Below are positions 25,003 to 37,322 of a DNA stretch of 64,000 nt, piece after piece. Position numbers and translations under genes: made by a program. Source of the stretch: Glaucostegus cemiculus (taxonomy: Eukaryota); contig CDPCPM010000367.1 in the NCBI GenBank assembly GCA_976551045.1, positions 1,364,001 to 1,428,000 of the forward strand, in the 5' to 3' direction. The first letter of the stretch is position 1, and each line of letters begins with the position of its first letter. The notes below the pieces were generated by a model. That model had not been told where the DNA came from. It saw only the letters and a program-made list of their open reading frames with translations, and made no database searches.

Positions 25003-28000
25003 TGACTATTCTAATGCATTCTCCATTTGTAATTCTTTTTCTTACGATATCATATACCTTTGTTGCGTTAATTAGTGTGGACACAGAAAGTGACATTGGT
25101 GTTGAAATTAAATAGTTCAAATTGTTTCCTCTCTGTTTTATTAGGGTAACTAAGTATATTTTTACACTGCCAGTCTTGCATCAATATAAAATGATTTTGG
25201 ATATGCAATTGGGCAATAACATAAAGGGACAATGAATCAAACTGGCATTTGAGTCTCAAGTGCACAAAGAATATTTTGAAGTGTGTAGTCTCACACCATC
25301 AGCAGTTTACAATTTTATGCAATAATAGTTCAAGTAAGGGAAGGCAACTTTTTTTAATAAGTGGCAGCCAAGAAATGTTTAATTAAAAAAAAACTTAAGG
25401 TGATAGGAGGCATTCAAACCCATTTTCATCAAACTACATGGAGATTATAGTTCTATGTTCAAGGATGGTTCAACAATGTTTTAACTCATGTTTGGCAACT
25501 GAATTGATGGTACCACCTGAAAATAGCTTCAATATTGGTGTATAACACTAAATTCTTATGGGGCTTTGTATCAGAAGAGGAGCCACACAATATTTACCAT
25601 ATTTGGAAGTGTGATCTCACTGACTACTCTGTAACCGTATGTTCATACATACTTAGATACCATGCTATAAATTGAGCAAGTAAGCAAAGTAGATTTTGCT
25701 GTATTACCAATGAGAATAAATACTGCTTTAATGTAAACACAAGCTCTTCTGCTTTTAGGTAGTAAAGGCTAGCCAATAAAATCTCAACTTTAGGTAATAT
25801 CACGGCCAATAAAGTCATAATTTCTGGTTAAGCCTGATCCTATCCGAATTTTCTGTCTAATAGGATCCAATTTCATTGTCGGATCAGACCCAATTTTATT
25901 TAGTCATAACCTAACACAACAGCATCTGTTATCCAGAAATAACCCACGCACGTGCTACTTGATCAAATACAAGCAGCAGCAGATTTTCTGAAGTAGAGGT
26001 TGTGAGTGTTTCTCAGCTCCTGCAGGATAAGTTCTTGCTACAAGATCCATTGGTTTTAGAATGGTTTTGCTCCCAGTGTGCTACTTGATTGCTGTGGTGG
26101 GACCAGGTTTGATGGTATTTCATTTGACAGCAAGGTTATATAATTGACTAATAGTTATTCACTGTAAGGCTCCTTTCTGTTTGCACATCCATGGAGCAGC
26201 AATCTGACCACAATCAGTCACCAAAAATCCATGCCTCCTGTTCCTTATCTTCATAACATATTATATTTGACTGATATGCATTCTCTGATGTATTTCACTT
26301 TGTTAAATTTGAGAACATCAAAATATCATCTTCATCCAGTAACTTGTTTGCTTTCAAGAAGATGCTGCAAGCATTTTGCAAGAGCTTCCGAACAAGTCAA
26401 TCAATATTACGATTGGAATTATTCATTTGCCTTATACTTCCAACAATTTAATTCCATCTTTTCCAAATGCAGAATTTTTTTGACCCGAGTTCTTAAAGGA
26501 TATAAACCTTGAAATTATTGTTGGAAACATTTGTAGATGACTGCTTCACCTAACCATTTCTTCTGTTTATCATCTTAACATTGGTGTTAAGCTATTTGTC
26601 TTTATGAACTGCACGCTAAAGTAACAATGCAGACATTTCATGAAACTTGGTAAGTACCTACTAATACATAGTAATTCTAGAGTATTGACCCACAGAAAGG
26701 AAAGCCACAGTGATACAGGAGTCCATGTCTAAACAACTGGGATCATATAAATTTAGAAAAGCTTAAAATCTAAGTAATAACAACTATGCTTTATACAATC
26801 AACTTAACTGTTTCCTTTCAATAATACACAATGTAGTTTGTGATATATATGGATTAAACATCATGTAAAAGAGGACAATAAAGTAGTTAAAACTGTCATA
26901 GTATTAGAATTTTGAAATGACATGTTTTCAAATACTCCAACAAATATTTTATATTTGAAAGAACCACCATTAAACAACACGGAATCTAATTTCATAATCA
27001 TTTTTGTCTTGGAACTGTTGCTCTAATGCATAACAGCTCAGGCACAAAGAGTAAATGCTAGCTTTTCCCTATTCAACTGGGGTTGATGCACCTGCGACCT
27101 CCAGTTACTATAAAAAACATAGAAATAATGGTTAAATGGATAGTGTGTGTCACAGTACTATGTTTAATGAGGAGAACAGGGAAAGCAAGCCTGTTGAGAT
27201 CTGCTCCTCTTAACACATCATCCAGAAACTTCAGGGACTGATGTTAACTGTAATACAGAATTTAACTGTTTCTGTGAATTAAGTAGGAACCATCTAAACA
27301 ATTGCACAGTTTGGCTTGGATTTTTCAAGATTGGCATTAAAAGAATTTATTTGGCATAATAATCAGGCTGATAGCTGAGACTTATCCCTGTTTTCCAAAA
27401 GGTGGTTGAAAAGCTTCAGCTAGAAGCTTGATAGTGCAGGTTGTGGTAAAGATGAGGTAATGAAGATGTGCAGTGCTCCTTCACTGCCAGAGAGCTGGCA
27501 ATCTTACTCCAGTACCTGTTCCAATTCAGGGCACAGAAAAACCCATTTAGCAAAAGCCGGGGTGCAAACCACAATTAGAGTGATTTATCACTGCCTTCCA
27601 CTTTGCTCAGATTATATCTCACATTTCTCTTGCCAGTGGAGACAGTAGATCCATAGCTGTAAAGTAATGGTCAGGCTTCACCCTCTCCATCCTTCCCACC
27701 CCCTCCAAGCCTTACCTTTGCTCATTGGAGCCAGTGTCCATGTAGGACAGCCTTTGTCTTCTGAAAGCTCTGCCCCCTATCCCCTATTGTTCGGCCTTCC
27801 ATATTTTTCCCACTTTTTCCAAAATTAAGGCCTCCTTGGCTTGTAGCTTAATGTTGGTAAACTTTGTTTCTGAACACACAGTGGTATGTGTAATATATCT
27901 GTGGCCAAATCTCCACAGAACAAAATTGATTGTGGCTGTTCTTTGCTTGTAGGTCATGTGTTTCATATGGACATTTTAGTTCTTGAGTATTTCATTTACA

Positions 28001-28336
28001 TCACCTGGCACTCAATATCACCCAGTAAAAGGTCTGTTTCATTTACAGTGTGAATGTCACAGGAACTATGTCAAAGATGATGCTGCCTATAAATTCAGAT
28101 TGGGAGTCATTTTGCACATAATGTAAAATTGGTTGATTTTTGTTTGATTGCATTATACATAGTGTTCCCAGTTTTGCTTTCCACAGGTGGAAATTGAAAT
28201 CAGAGGTTATAGGAACGACTTGTCTGTTAGGGTTGGTGTTAAACTGTAACAGTTGAAATTATCCACAATATCTATCTTTGGCTGCTCTACAGTCCAGTCA
28301 ATGTAGTACATTCCTGGAACAGCTTGCTCAGAAAAT

Positions 28337-28409
28337 GCTGACATAAAGTAAGGTTACAATGCCAACAGCATGAAAGTCTGATGGCATTGTAACGTTCCTT
28401 TATGTCAGC
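28337..28409. repeat. Long hairpin: 28-bp inverted arms with 2 mismatches
   Basis: gctgacataaagtaaggttacaatgcca (28337-28364) vs tggcattgtaacgttcctttatgtcagc (28382-28409). Weaker outer arms extend to about 28303-28437. Confidence 0.9.
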
Positions 28410-31409
28410 TTTTTCACCTTCTTCCAGAAATCTACTGTGCAAATATTGGGCTCCATAGACATTCCCATCTACATGTCATGGTCTTGATGGATGTGGAGAA
28501 AAGGCTTCAAGCTGTCACTGCATCTCCACTAAATGACCCCTCCAGAGATTGCAGGCAAGCAACTTGGGTAGCAATAAGACAAATTTTGCACTAGGTTTAT
28601 ACAGTATGTGGCTAAGAATGTGAGAAAGAAATGCCTGATTGAACTGAACACTTCCAACAATTTTCAGTTACATTAGTTGAATGATTCTTACAACTTCCAA
28701 TTCAGTTCTGATGAAAGGTCATTGACCTGAAATATCAACTGATTTTCTCTCTACAGATGCTACCTAACCTGTTGAGTATCTACAGTTTTATTCTGTTTTA
28801 ATTCCAATCCCATTAATTTTAGTATTGTTAACAAATAATGACAAGCGATTGCATTAATAATGTAACTGTATTGATGCAAGGAGGAATCCAAGTAACTTGC
28901 ATATGTTCTGGATTTCAAAACATATATCTCTAATTTTCATTTGTTGAATTTGGAACAAAACCAAAAATAATATTAGCAAGAGTTTTAATGCCTTAACCAT
29001 GTGAAGAATACACTTTACACTGATTTGAAACAGACAGATAATATAGAGAAATACTTGAAAATTGTCCTTATTGGGCAATATTAAGTAAATTTGACCTTCC
29101 TTATTACCAAGAGGCCTATTTCTACAAAATAGAGGTGACTTTCTGCAGAGCTTTCCCTTATCAGCATAACATCAAGAGAACCTGAATATAAGCTGGAGAA
29201 AGAGTAGGTGTCCATTCTTAGTCATTTATCACATACCTCATTGGTTCTGCGGATCTTCTAAAGTTACACGCAGCTGGACATGCCTCACCAACACTCCAGT
29301 GATTCTGTCCAAAAGCCACTTATCTGCAATGAAAGCACTCTGTGTACAAGCTCACAATGTAGGAAAGTAGGAAACTATTTCAGCTGATCTATTCTTTAAG
29401 TGAAATCTCAGCATTTTCTTCACATCAACTAATTGTACCTTGAATGGATCCTATGTTTTTATCCTCTCATGTCCTATCCTATTGATCACCTCTGTATGAA
29501 AAATCCTTCCTGACATTAATCCTAAATTGCATTTCCACTGTGCCTTTGTTCTAATGTTCTGGTCTGCCTTAAAATAGTGTTTCAATTTTACTTTCTACAG
29601 TTAATATCTTTTCTATTTCTGCAAAGTCCTCACTCATCCATCCCTTGCAAGATTAAAGCAACTTTATTTCTGGAAGCTTTCCCAGTCAACCCTGTGCTGA
29701 GGATTTCCGTCACACTGTCCTTGTCATCGGAATGTGCCCATTTCATCAATCTGACCAAAAATGAAAGCTCACAAGGTGTGAACATTGTAAGTGCATCATA
29801 TTTTGATAATTGTACCATTATCAATTTTTAAAAAATAATTTGATCTACAAAAATCATTAAGAACTGACTATATTTGAATTCCCCGAAGAAGTTCACTTCA
29901 TTCTTGCCTATTTTGCAGTATTTACATATAATATGAATACATAATGATCAGCATTGCTTACAGACTTGCAGCTATTGTTAATTGTACCCTCAGCCCTAAA
30001 TTAATAATCGGCCATTGCCTCCAAGTAATGCTTTATTAAAATTCCCAATCTATAACAACAAAGTAAGTAAAATTCAGAAAAAAACTGCAGATTTTGGAAA
30101 TCAGAAATAAAAACAGAAAATGCTGGAAATACTCAGCAGGTCAGGCAGCATTAGGAGAGAGAAGTAGAGAGAATATTCAGGCTAATGACCTCGTATCAGA
30201 ACTCTGTGCCATAGTTTGATATGAGTTTGCCTCTCGTGCTGGAATTAAGATACTCAGAAGCTTTTCAGCAATTCTGCTTCTGAAAACACATCTGCTGCAG
30301 ACATCTTGGTAAGTATTTGCATCCAGCAACCTCAGATAAATTTTTGAACTTTTAATGTAGAATTAGATTGATTTCCTCAAATTTTGGTTAGCTTACTTTT
30401 CTCAAAAAGTACTTTGTCTATTTTGCATCATTCACTTGCTAAAGTACTTTTCAACAACCCAGTGCTGAAGAACTTTTCAACCAAACTTCTTCATCAAGGT
30501 TGTTTCATCTTTGCGGATGAAAATAGTTCCCCACTACCTTCCTCTCCTGATGTTCCTGCCTCTGCTTGCTTCTTCTCCCCTTTTCTTTACCCTATCATTC
30601 CTGGCCTTTTCCCATTCTGTTTCTTTTCATCTCCTCCATTTCCTCTTCCTTTTCTTCATCCAGCTAATCTGTCATCTTCCTATGCTGCTAGTCTGAAAAC
30701 ATGTCTCCATAAGAAACACCATAAGAGATCAACTGAGACATTACTTTGAGTCTATTTAATCTTCATTTGCTACTGTTCTTCCCTTTGACAGACTCTTTGC
30801 CTCTGTATTATTTTTTCCCCAACTATTAATTTTATTTGCAAATTTTATCATTCTTTACTGGCTTCCAAATCCGAATCACTGATGTGCATCAAAAATTGTA
30901 CCGACCCCAGTGCCAACTACAAATGGCACTGCATTCCCACACCAACAGCATCTCCAAATAGGTGCTTTTTTTTTATGCCAATTTTATCCAGAAAGCTAAG
31001 AACTCATTGGTTCTAAACCGGATGGCAATATGTGGCTGTTCACATCGGTCTTCCCATAAAAGTTTGCTTGTAACTTTTCACAGTATTTTCCTCTTTTTTT
31101 CCAAGCTGCCATAAATGGCCCAATAAAGTTTATAGTCAAAGTAATAAAAGCACTGAATCACAAACCAAATAGTGTTGGACAGCCACATTTCAAGTGTACC
31201 TGGAAGTTAGTTGCATGATTTATTGATTACGTTCACCTATTTACAAACACATAACAAGAGTGGAATTTTATTGCATGTTGCTGTACTTTGCACCACAGTG
31301 ACACTCTTTGTAAGCAACTATAATTTATAGGTCATTTGGGAGAATTGTAAATCACCTGTTCTGGCCCTGATGTACAAATGAAAAGGATCAAAAAGAGAAT
31401 CATATTTAG

Positions 31410-31831
31410 TACAGCGTCTTTCATGGCCTCAAGTCATCCTGAAATACTGCCGTTTGCTTTCAAAGTGTACTTACTGTTGTAATGTAGTAAACAAGGCAGC
31501 TAATTTGCCCACTGCGAGTTTCCCCAATGTGATAATGGCCAGATGATCTATTTTTATGATGTTGATAGAGGGGTAAAAATTGGCGAGGACTCTGGGTTTA
31601 TGTCTACAGTTATTCTTTGAAATTGTGTTTATACAATTATTTCCATCCACCTCAGAGAGCAGAGAGGACTTCAGTTTATTGCCTCTACCAAAAAAGCTGC
31701 ATCTCCAATGGAGCCACACCCTCTCAGTACTGCACAAGTGTCAGCCTGGGTTTTTTATCTGAGTCTCTGGAGTGAGGAATTGAATGCTCAACTTCCTGAC
31801 CTAGGATGGGAAATGTTACCAGCTGAGCTAT
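31410..31831 (-). mobile_element. Deu-domain SINE (SacSINE1/AmnSINE1-like), old
   Basis: The minus strand reads tagctcagctggtaac head, then cctggccaat-like ..ccctctatcaacatc..atctggccattatcacattg..aaattagctgcc..tacattacaacagt, the Deu core as I recall it. Confidence 0.7.
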
Positions 31832-32530
31832 GGGGAGAACAACAGAGCAGTGTAATTGGAAGGTTTATCTTCAGCAATGAAATTGTCTTGCTACTTTCAC
31901 TCAGCTGCTAATGTTTTCTTCATTCTATAATTTGTAGCACATGTATAGGAAAGGCTTAGAGGGATGTGGGCCAAACACGGGCAAATAGGATTAGCATAGA
32001 TGGGCATCCTGGTCAGCATGGACGAGTTGGGCTGAAGGGCCTGTTTCTGTGCTGTATTACTCTATGACTTTAAAATTCAAGTTCAATTTCTTTATTTACT
32101 TTATCTCATAACCTAATTTTTTGTTTTGCTCCAATTGTTTCCCTTTCTTCCCCTCCCCAAAAATAGTACATCTATGACAGAGTCTCATCTATTTTTAATA
32201 TCTGTCATCATTATTCATGTTTATGTGAGCCTTCATGGTCAGAAGGATATCACAACCCAGTCCTCACTCCTTATCTAAGCGTAAGTCCACTTGCAGCAGG
32301 AATGATCGGCAATGCAGCCTGATCAATTATATTCTCATGAACTTGGATGTTAAGACATTTATAATCTTTCCTGGCTGAATGCAGATGCTTTTTTAAGCAC
32401 CTGAAGACATCATTTGATTTTAAAACTTCGACATACCACATGAATATTGAGGATCCAATATGATCTAAAAATTTAGCACCAACTAGAGATAAGATTTAAA
32501 ACTCGTACACCCTTCATTGTAAACTGCTGA

Positions 32531-33666
32531 ATTGGTTTATTATTATCACATGTACAGTGAAAAAAGTTGTTTTGTATGCCATCCATACGAATCATTTCAT
32601 TACAATAGTGCATTGAGGTAGTATAAGGGAAAACAATAACAGAATATGGAATAAAGTTACAGAGAAAGTACAGTGAAGGCAGACAATAAGGTGCAAGGCC
32701 CTAACGAGATCAATAGTCCATCTGATCGTACTAGGGGACCATTCAATAGTCTTATAACAACAGGATAGAAGCTGACCTTGAGCCTGGTGGTACATGCTTT
32801 CAGGCTTTTGTATCTTCTGCCCGATGGGAGAGGGATGAAGAGAGAACGTCCCAGGTGGGTGGGGCCTTTGATTATGCTGGCTACTTTACTGAGGCAGTGA
32901 GAAGTATAGACAGAGCCCATGGAGGGGAGGCTGGTTTCTGTGATGTGCTGAGCTGTGTCCACAACTCTCTGCAGTTTCTTGTGGTATCAGGCAGAGCAGT
33001 TACCGTACCAAGTCATTCTGCATCCAAGTAGGATGCTTTCTATGGTGCATTGATAAAAATTGGTGAGGGTCAAAGTGGACATGCCAAATTTCTTTAGCCT
33101 TCTGAGGAAGTAGAAGCATTGGTGAGCTTTCTTAGCCGTGGCATATACATGGTTGGACCAGGACAGGCTATTGGTGATGTTCACTCCTAGGAACTTGAAG
33201 CTTTCAACCTTCTTGACCTCAGCACTGTTGATGTAAACAGGAGCATGTGCACCATCTCCCTTCCTGAAGTCAATGACCGGCTCTTTTGTTTTGCTGACAT
33301 TGAAGAAAAGGTTGTTGCCATGACACCATGTCACTAGGCTCTCTATCATCTTCTGTGCTCCGATTCATTATTATTTGAGATTCACTGCACTACACTGGTG
33401 TCATCTGCAAACTTGTAGATGGAGTTAGAGCAGAATCTGGACACACAGTCATGAGTGTATAGGGTGTAGAGTAGGGAACTGAGGACGCAGCCAGTTTGGC
33501 ACCAGTGTTGAGGACAATCGTGGTGGAGATGTGACTGCTATACTCACTGATTGCAGTCTGTTGTTCTGGAAGTCAAGGATTCAGTTGCAAAAGGAAGTGT
33601 TGAGTCCAGGTCTAGGAGTTTGGAGATGAGTTTGCTTGGAATTTTAGTAATGAAGGCAGAGTTGTA
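32531..33666 (-). mobile_element. Rex1/Babar-type LINE 3' portion (RT C-terminus and 3' UTR)
   Basis: YKFADDT near 33400; WCHGNNLFFNVSKTKE.VIDFRK, VESFKFLGVNITNSLSWS, YFLRRLKKFGMS, TIESIL..WYGNCSA; LPSGRRYKSLK..TTRLK.SFYP..IRLLN. Confidence 0.88.
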
Positions 33667-34947
33667 GATTCAGCTTTTGGTTGGATAAACTCAATAAGAG
33701 GTTAGTAGAAATTGTCCTGTCCTTTTTATCCTTTGACAATGGTTTTATTCAAGTACTATTGCAAGAGATTAATTAAAAGTGATTGTAACTAGTGATAAGT
33801 TAGCATATGTATAAAGCAGATAGTGTTCTCTTTCTGTTTATTCCCTTTTCTTAACATTCTTTGCTACTATATGGTTATTCTATAACTGTTTAGAAAGTCT
33901 TGGAGCCTGAAGTCATATACATTCTCAAATGTGCATAGATTTCAATTGTGACTGCATTCAGGCATCCATTGTGATAAATAAATTTATAATATAATTGCAT
34001 CATTCATTAATTTTGTGTGCAATTACACCTTCTCACACTTATGACCAGTGATATCATTTACTACCATACTCCTTCCTGACAACGTCAGGCTAGTTTAAGT
34101 CAACCACCACAGATCTCATGATCCACTCTGACTGGAAGAAAGCAGCATATTGGAAGTTGTGTCATTCAATAGAATTGATCAGATGAAATTTCAAATTAAA
34201 TCAATTTGTCAAATTGCACAATCTGCTTCACAATGAATCTCTGATGACATCTGGACACAGACACAAAATAAGGTTAAAGCTGGAATCACAGTTCAATTGT
34301 TGCATAAAACCACAATAATTATTTGGCATTAAATATGTCTTTAAAAGAACAGAGATTACTCTCTTTACTATTTTAAGTGTAAAACGAATTGGCAGTGAGT
34401 CATATACTTCATTCACATGCTGGTAACTAAGGGCAATCCAAAATAGCATAGACGCTGTCACTAGTGTTATGATGACATGTACAATGTTCATGTTCTCAGA
34501 ATTCAGGCTGCAGTCATTCTGCAGAAGCGACTCTACATTGCTATAGCTATTGACTGAGAGGCAAAGTTAACAAAAAAAATTATCAACACCTGTAGAAAGT
34601 GTATGCTTTTGCTAAAGTTCAATATTTATTTCAGTAAGGTATAGTTTTACATTTCTATATCTCCCTTGATCTGGAGTGACTAATCAATATCAGACCTTCC
34701 TATTGCATCATTACCTGAGAACTGTACTTTTTCCTTAGCTTTGCATTACAGGATATTGACTATGTTCCTTCCCATGGCTCAAGAAGACCCAATTCCATTG
34801 TATCAGCAGTTCTTAAATATACTTATACAATTTCATTGGTCAGGGAATGACATAGAAGTTACCAAAGGTAACAATAATAATCCTCTATCAGTCAATCAGA
34901 AGGAACCCACCTCGGTACTCGTGTAGGGAATTTTCTCCAAGAATAAT

Positions 34948-35240
34948 TATAACAGTTAGCATAACACTACTACGGTGCCAGCAACCCAGGTACAGTCCCC
35001 CCCACTGTCTGTAAGGAGTCTGTACGTTCTCCCCATGTCTGCGTGGGTTTCCTCCAGGTGCTCCGGGTTCCTCCCACATTCCAAAGACATACGGGTTAGG
35101 AAGTTGTGGACATGCTATGTTGGTGTCAGAAGCATGGCAACACTTGCGGGCTGCCCCCAAAACACTCTACGCATAATATGCATTTCACTCTGTGTTTTGA
35201 TGTACATGTAACTAATAAAGATCTTATAAAGATCTTATAA
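34948..35240 (+). mobile_element. V-SINE
   Basis: V-core, then tail gatgtacatgtaactaataaagatcttataaagatcttata. Confidence 0.87.
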
Positions 35241-35289
35241 ATGATAAATTGCCCTTCCTCGAGCTTAAACTAATCAATGACTTTCTGTA

Positions 35290-35975
35290 GTGCTAACTTT
35301 TTATGTTTCACTTGTAGGCCCAGATCTCTTGTACTTCAACATTTATATTCTCACTTGCTTTAGTAATGATTTGTTCTTTTTTCTTCTGAAGTGGATAACT
35401 CACATCTTCCCACATCATACTCTAACTGCCAACTTTGTGCCCACCCTCTTAACCGAACCAGATCCTTATGCAAGCTACTTGTTTCCTCCTCATAACTTGC
35501 TCATTCACCTAACTTTTATACCATCATCAGATTTGTCTAAGAACACTCCATCCTGTTATCTCAATCATCAATATAGATAATAATAGTTAAGACCCCAGCT
35601 CTGATACTTGTGGACCCTACCACTTACTGATTGCAGGTCCGAAAATGACCTATTTATTCTGACTCTCAATTTCCTATTAGCCACTTCCTTATTCGTGCCA
35701 ATATATTACCCCAACCTTGTGCAGTAAATGCCTGGAGATCCAAATATACTACATCTATTCATTCCCCTTTATCCATCTTGTTTGTCATATCTTTAAAGAA
35801 CTCTAGCAGATTTATAGAACACTCTTTCCCTTTCATACAACCATGTTGATTAGCTTGATTGTTTTATGTGTTTCTAAATGGCCTGCTATTACATCTTTAA
35901 TGGATTCCAGCATTTTCCTGGCAACAGAAGTTATTACGACTTCCTGCTTTCTGTCTCCCTCCTTTCTTCAGTACT
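35290..35975 (-). mobile_element. Old CR1 RT fragment
   Basis: ANVMPVLKKGGRQKAG and decayed QHG/KGK/DLQAF-type motifs. Confidence 0.55.
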
Positions 35976-36427
35976 GGCATTACATTTGCAATAGCGGTGA
36001 ACCAAATGAAAGGTTCTGATGTAAAGGGATCGACCTGTCCTTTCTTTACAGATGCCTGAGTATTTCCAGCATTTTCAGTCCCTTGAAGGAAAACTAGGGG
36101 GAATATCTGACGTGATAAATTGATGTTTCCCCAGGCTGTGAAGTCTGTAAACAAGGGTCACAGTCTCAAAAATAAGGAGTCAATCCTTGCCAACTTTTGT
36201 CCCACCCATTCCCCTCACCTCTTTATACTGGACATCTGCCCTCTACTGTCTCAGTCCATTTTGTCGGATCTGGTTAAGTTTTGAATCCACAGGTTATTTC
36301 AGGAGTCCAAGAATGAATTGAAAACAACGTGGTGCTTCACAAAGTTTTACTGGAAAAGTTTAAAATGAAGAAACAGTCACAGAGTACGTGACACTAGGTT
36401 TATTACTAGGAGATGAGCTGAGACAAA

Positions 36428-36938
36428 GAACCATAGAGCCGTAGAACACTACAGCACTGAAAACAGGCCATTTGGCCCTTCTAGTCTTTGCCGAAACTTT
36501 ATTTTGCTAGTCCCATTGACCTGCACCCAGGCTATAACCCTCCAGACCTCTCCCATCCATGTATCTATCCAATTTATTCTTAAACTTAAGAGTGAGCCTG
36601 CATTTAGCACTTCAGATGGCAGCTCATTCCACACTCCCACCACTCTGAGTGAAGAAGTTCCCCCTAATGTTCCCCCTAAACCTTTTCCCTTTCACCCTAA
36701 GGCCATACCCTCTCGTACTTATCTCTCCTAATCTAAGTGGAAAGAACTTACTTGCATTTATTCTGTCTATACCCCTCATAATTTAGTAAACCTCTATCAA
36801 ATCTCCCCTCATTCTTCTATGCTCCAAGGAATAAAGTCCTAACCTGTTCAATCTTTCCCTGTAACTCAAGTATGAAGACCCGGCAGCATACTAGTAAATC
36901 TTCTCTGCACTCTTTCAATCTTACTGATATCCTTCCTA
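36428..36938 (-). mobile_element. CR1 3' fragment (subfamily distinct from the intact copy)
   Basis: VGVWNELPSEV translation; tail gaaccatagagccgtagaacactacagcac..aggccatttggccc. Confidence 0.85.
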
Positions 36939-37322
36939 AAGGATCTAAAATGAGCTAGGGCCAGTGGGGGGGAAGAGAGCAAGAGAAGCAAGAGAGAGAC
37001 AGGCAAGAGAGAGGTAGTATTTAACAAAAAAAATGACACCTTTTATACCTGAGGTAAGAGGTACTCCTTAGCTAATAATAGCCTAATCAGAAAACTTTTT
37101 AGATACCTGTGACAAAATTAATCAATGAGAAAATACATATTCACCTGATGGACAAACCATTATGCTAAAAAACAATTATACCTTGTACAGCCACTTGAGG
37201 TGTATTAAACGCTATACATGTTAAAAACAATGAACAATAGAACAATAGAACAATAGAACAATACAGCACAGAACAGGCCCTTCGGCCCATCAAGCTGTGC
37301 CATCCTACAAACATCTCCCAAA

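Noticed and set aside
30384-30749. 121-aa Phe/Pro/Ser-rich ORF
   Set aside because: Translation of a pyrimidine-rich low-complexity tract with no domain or splice support.
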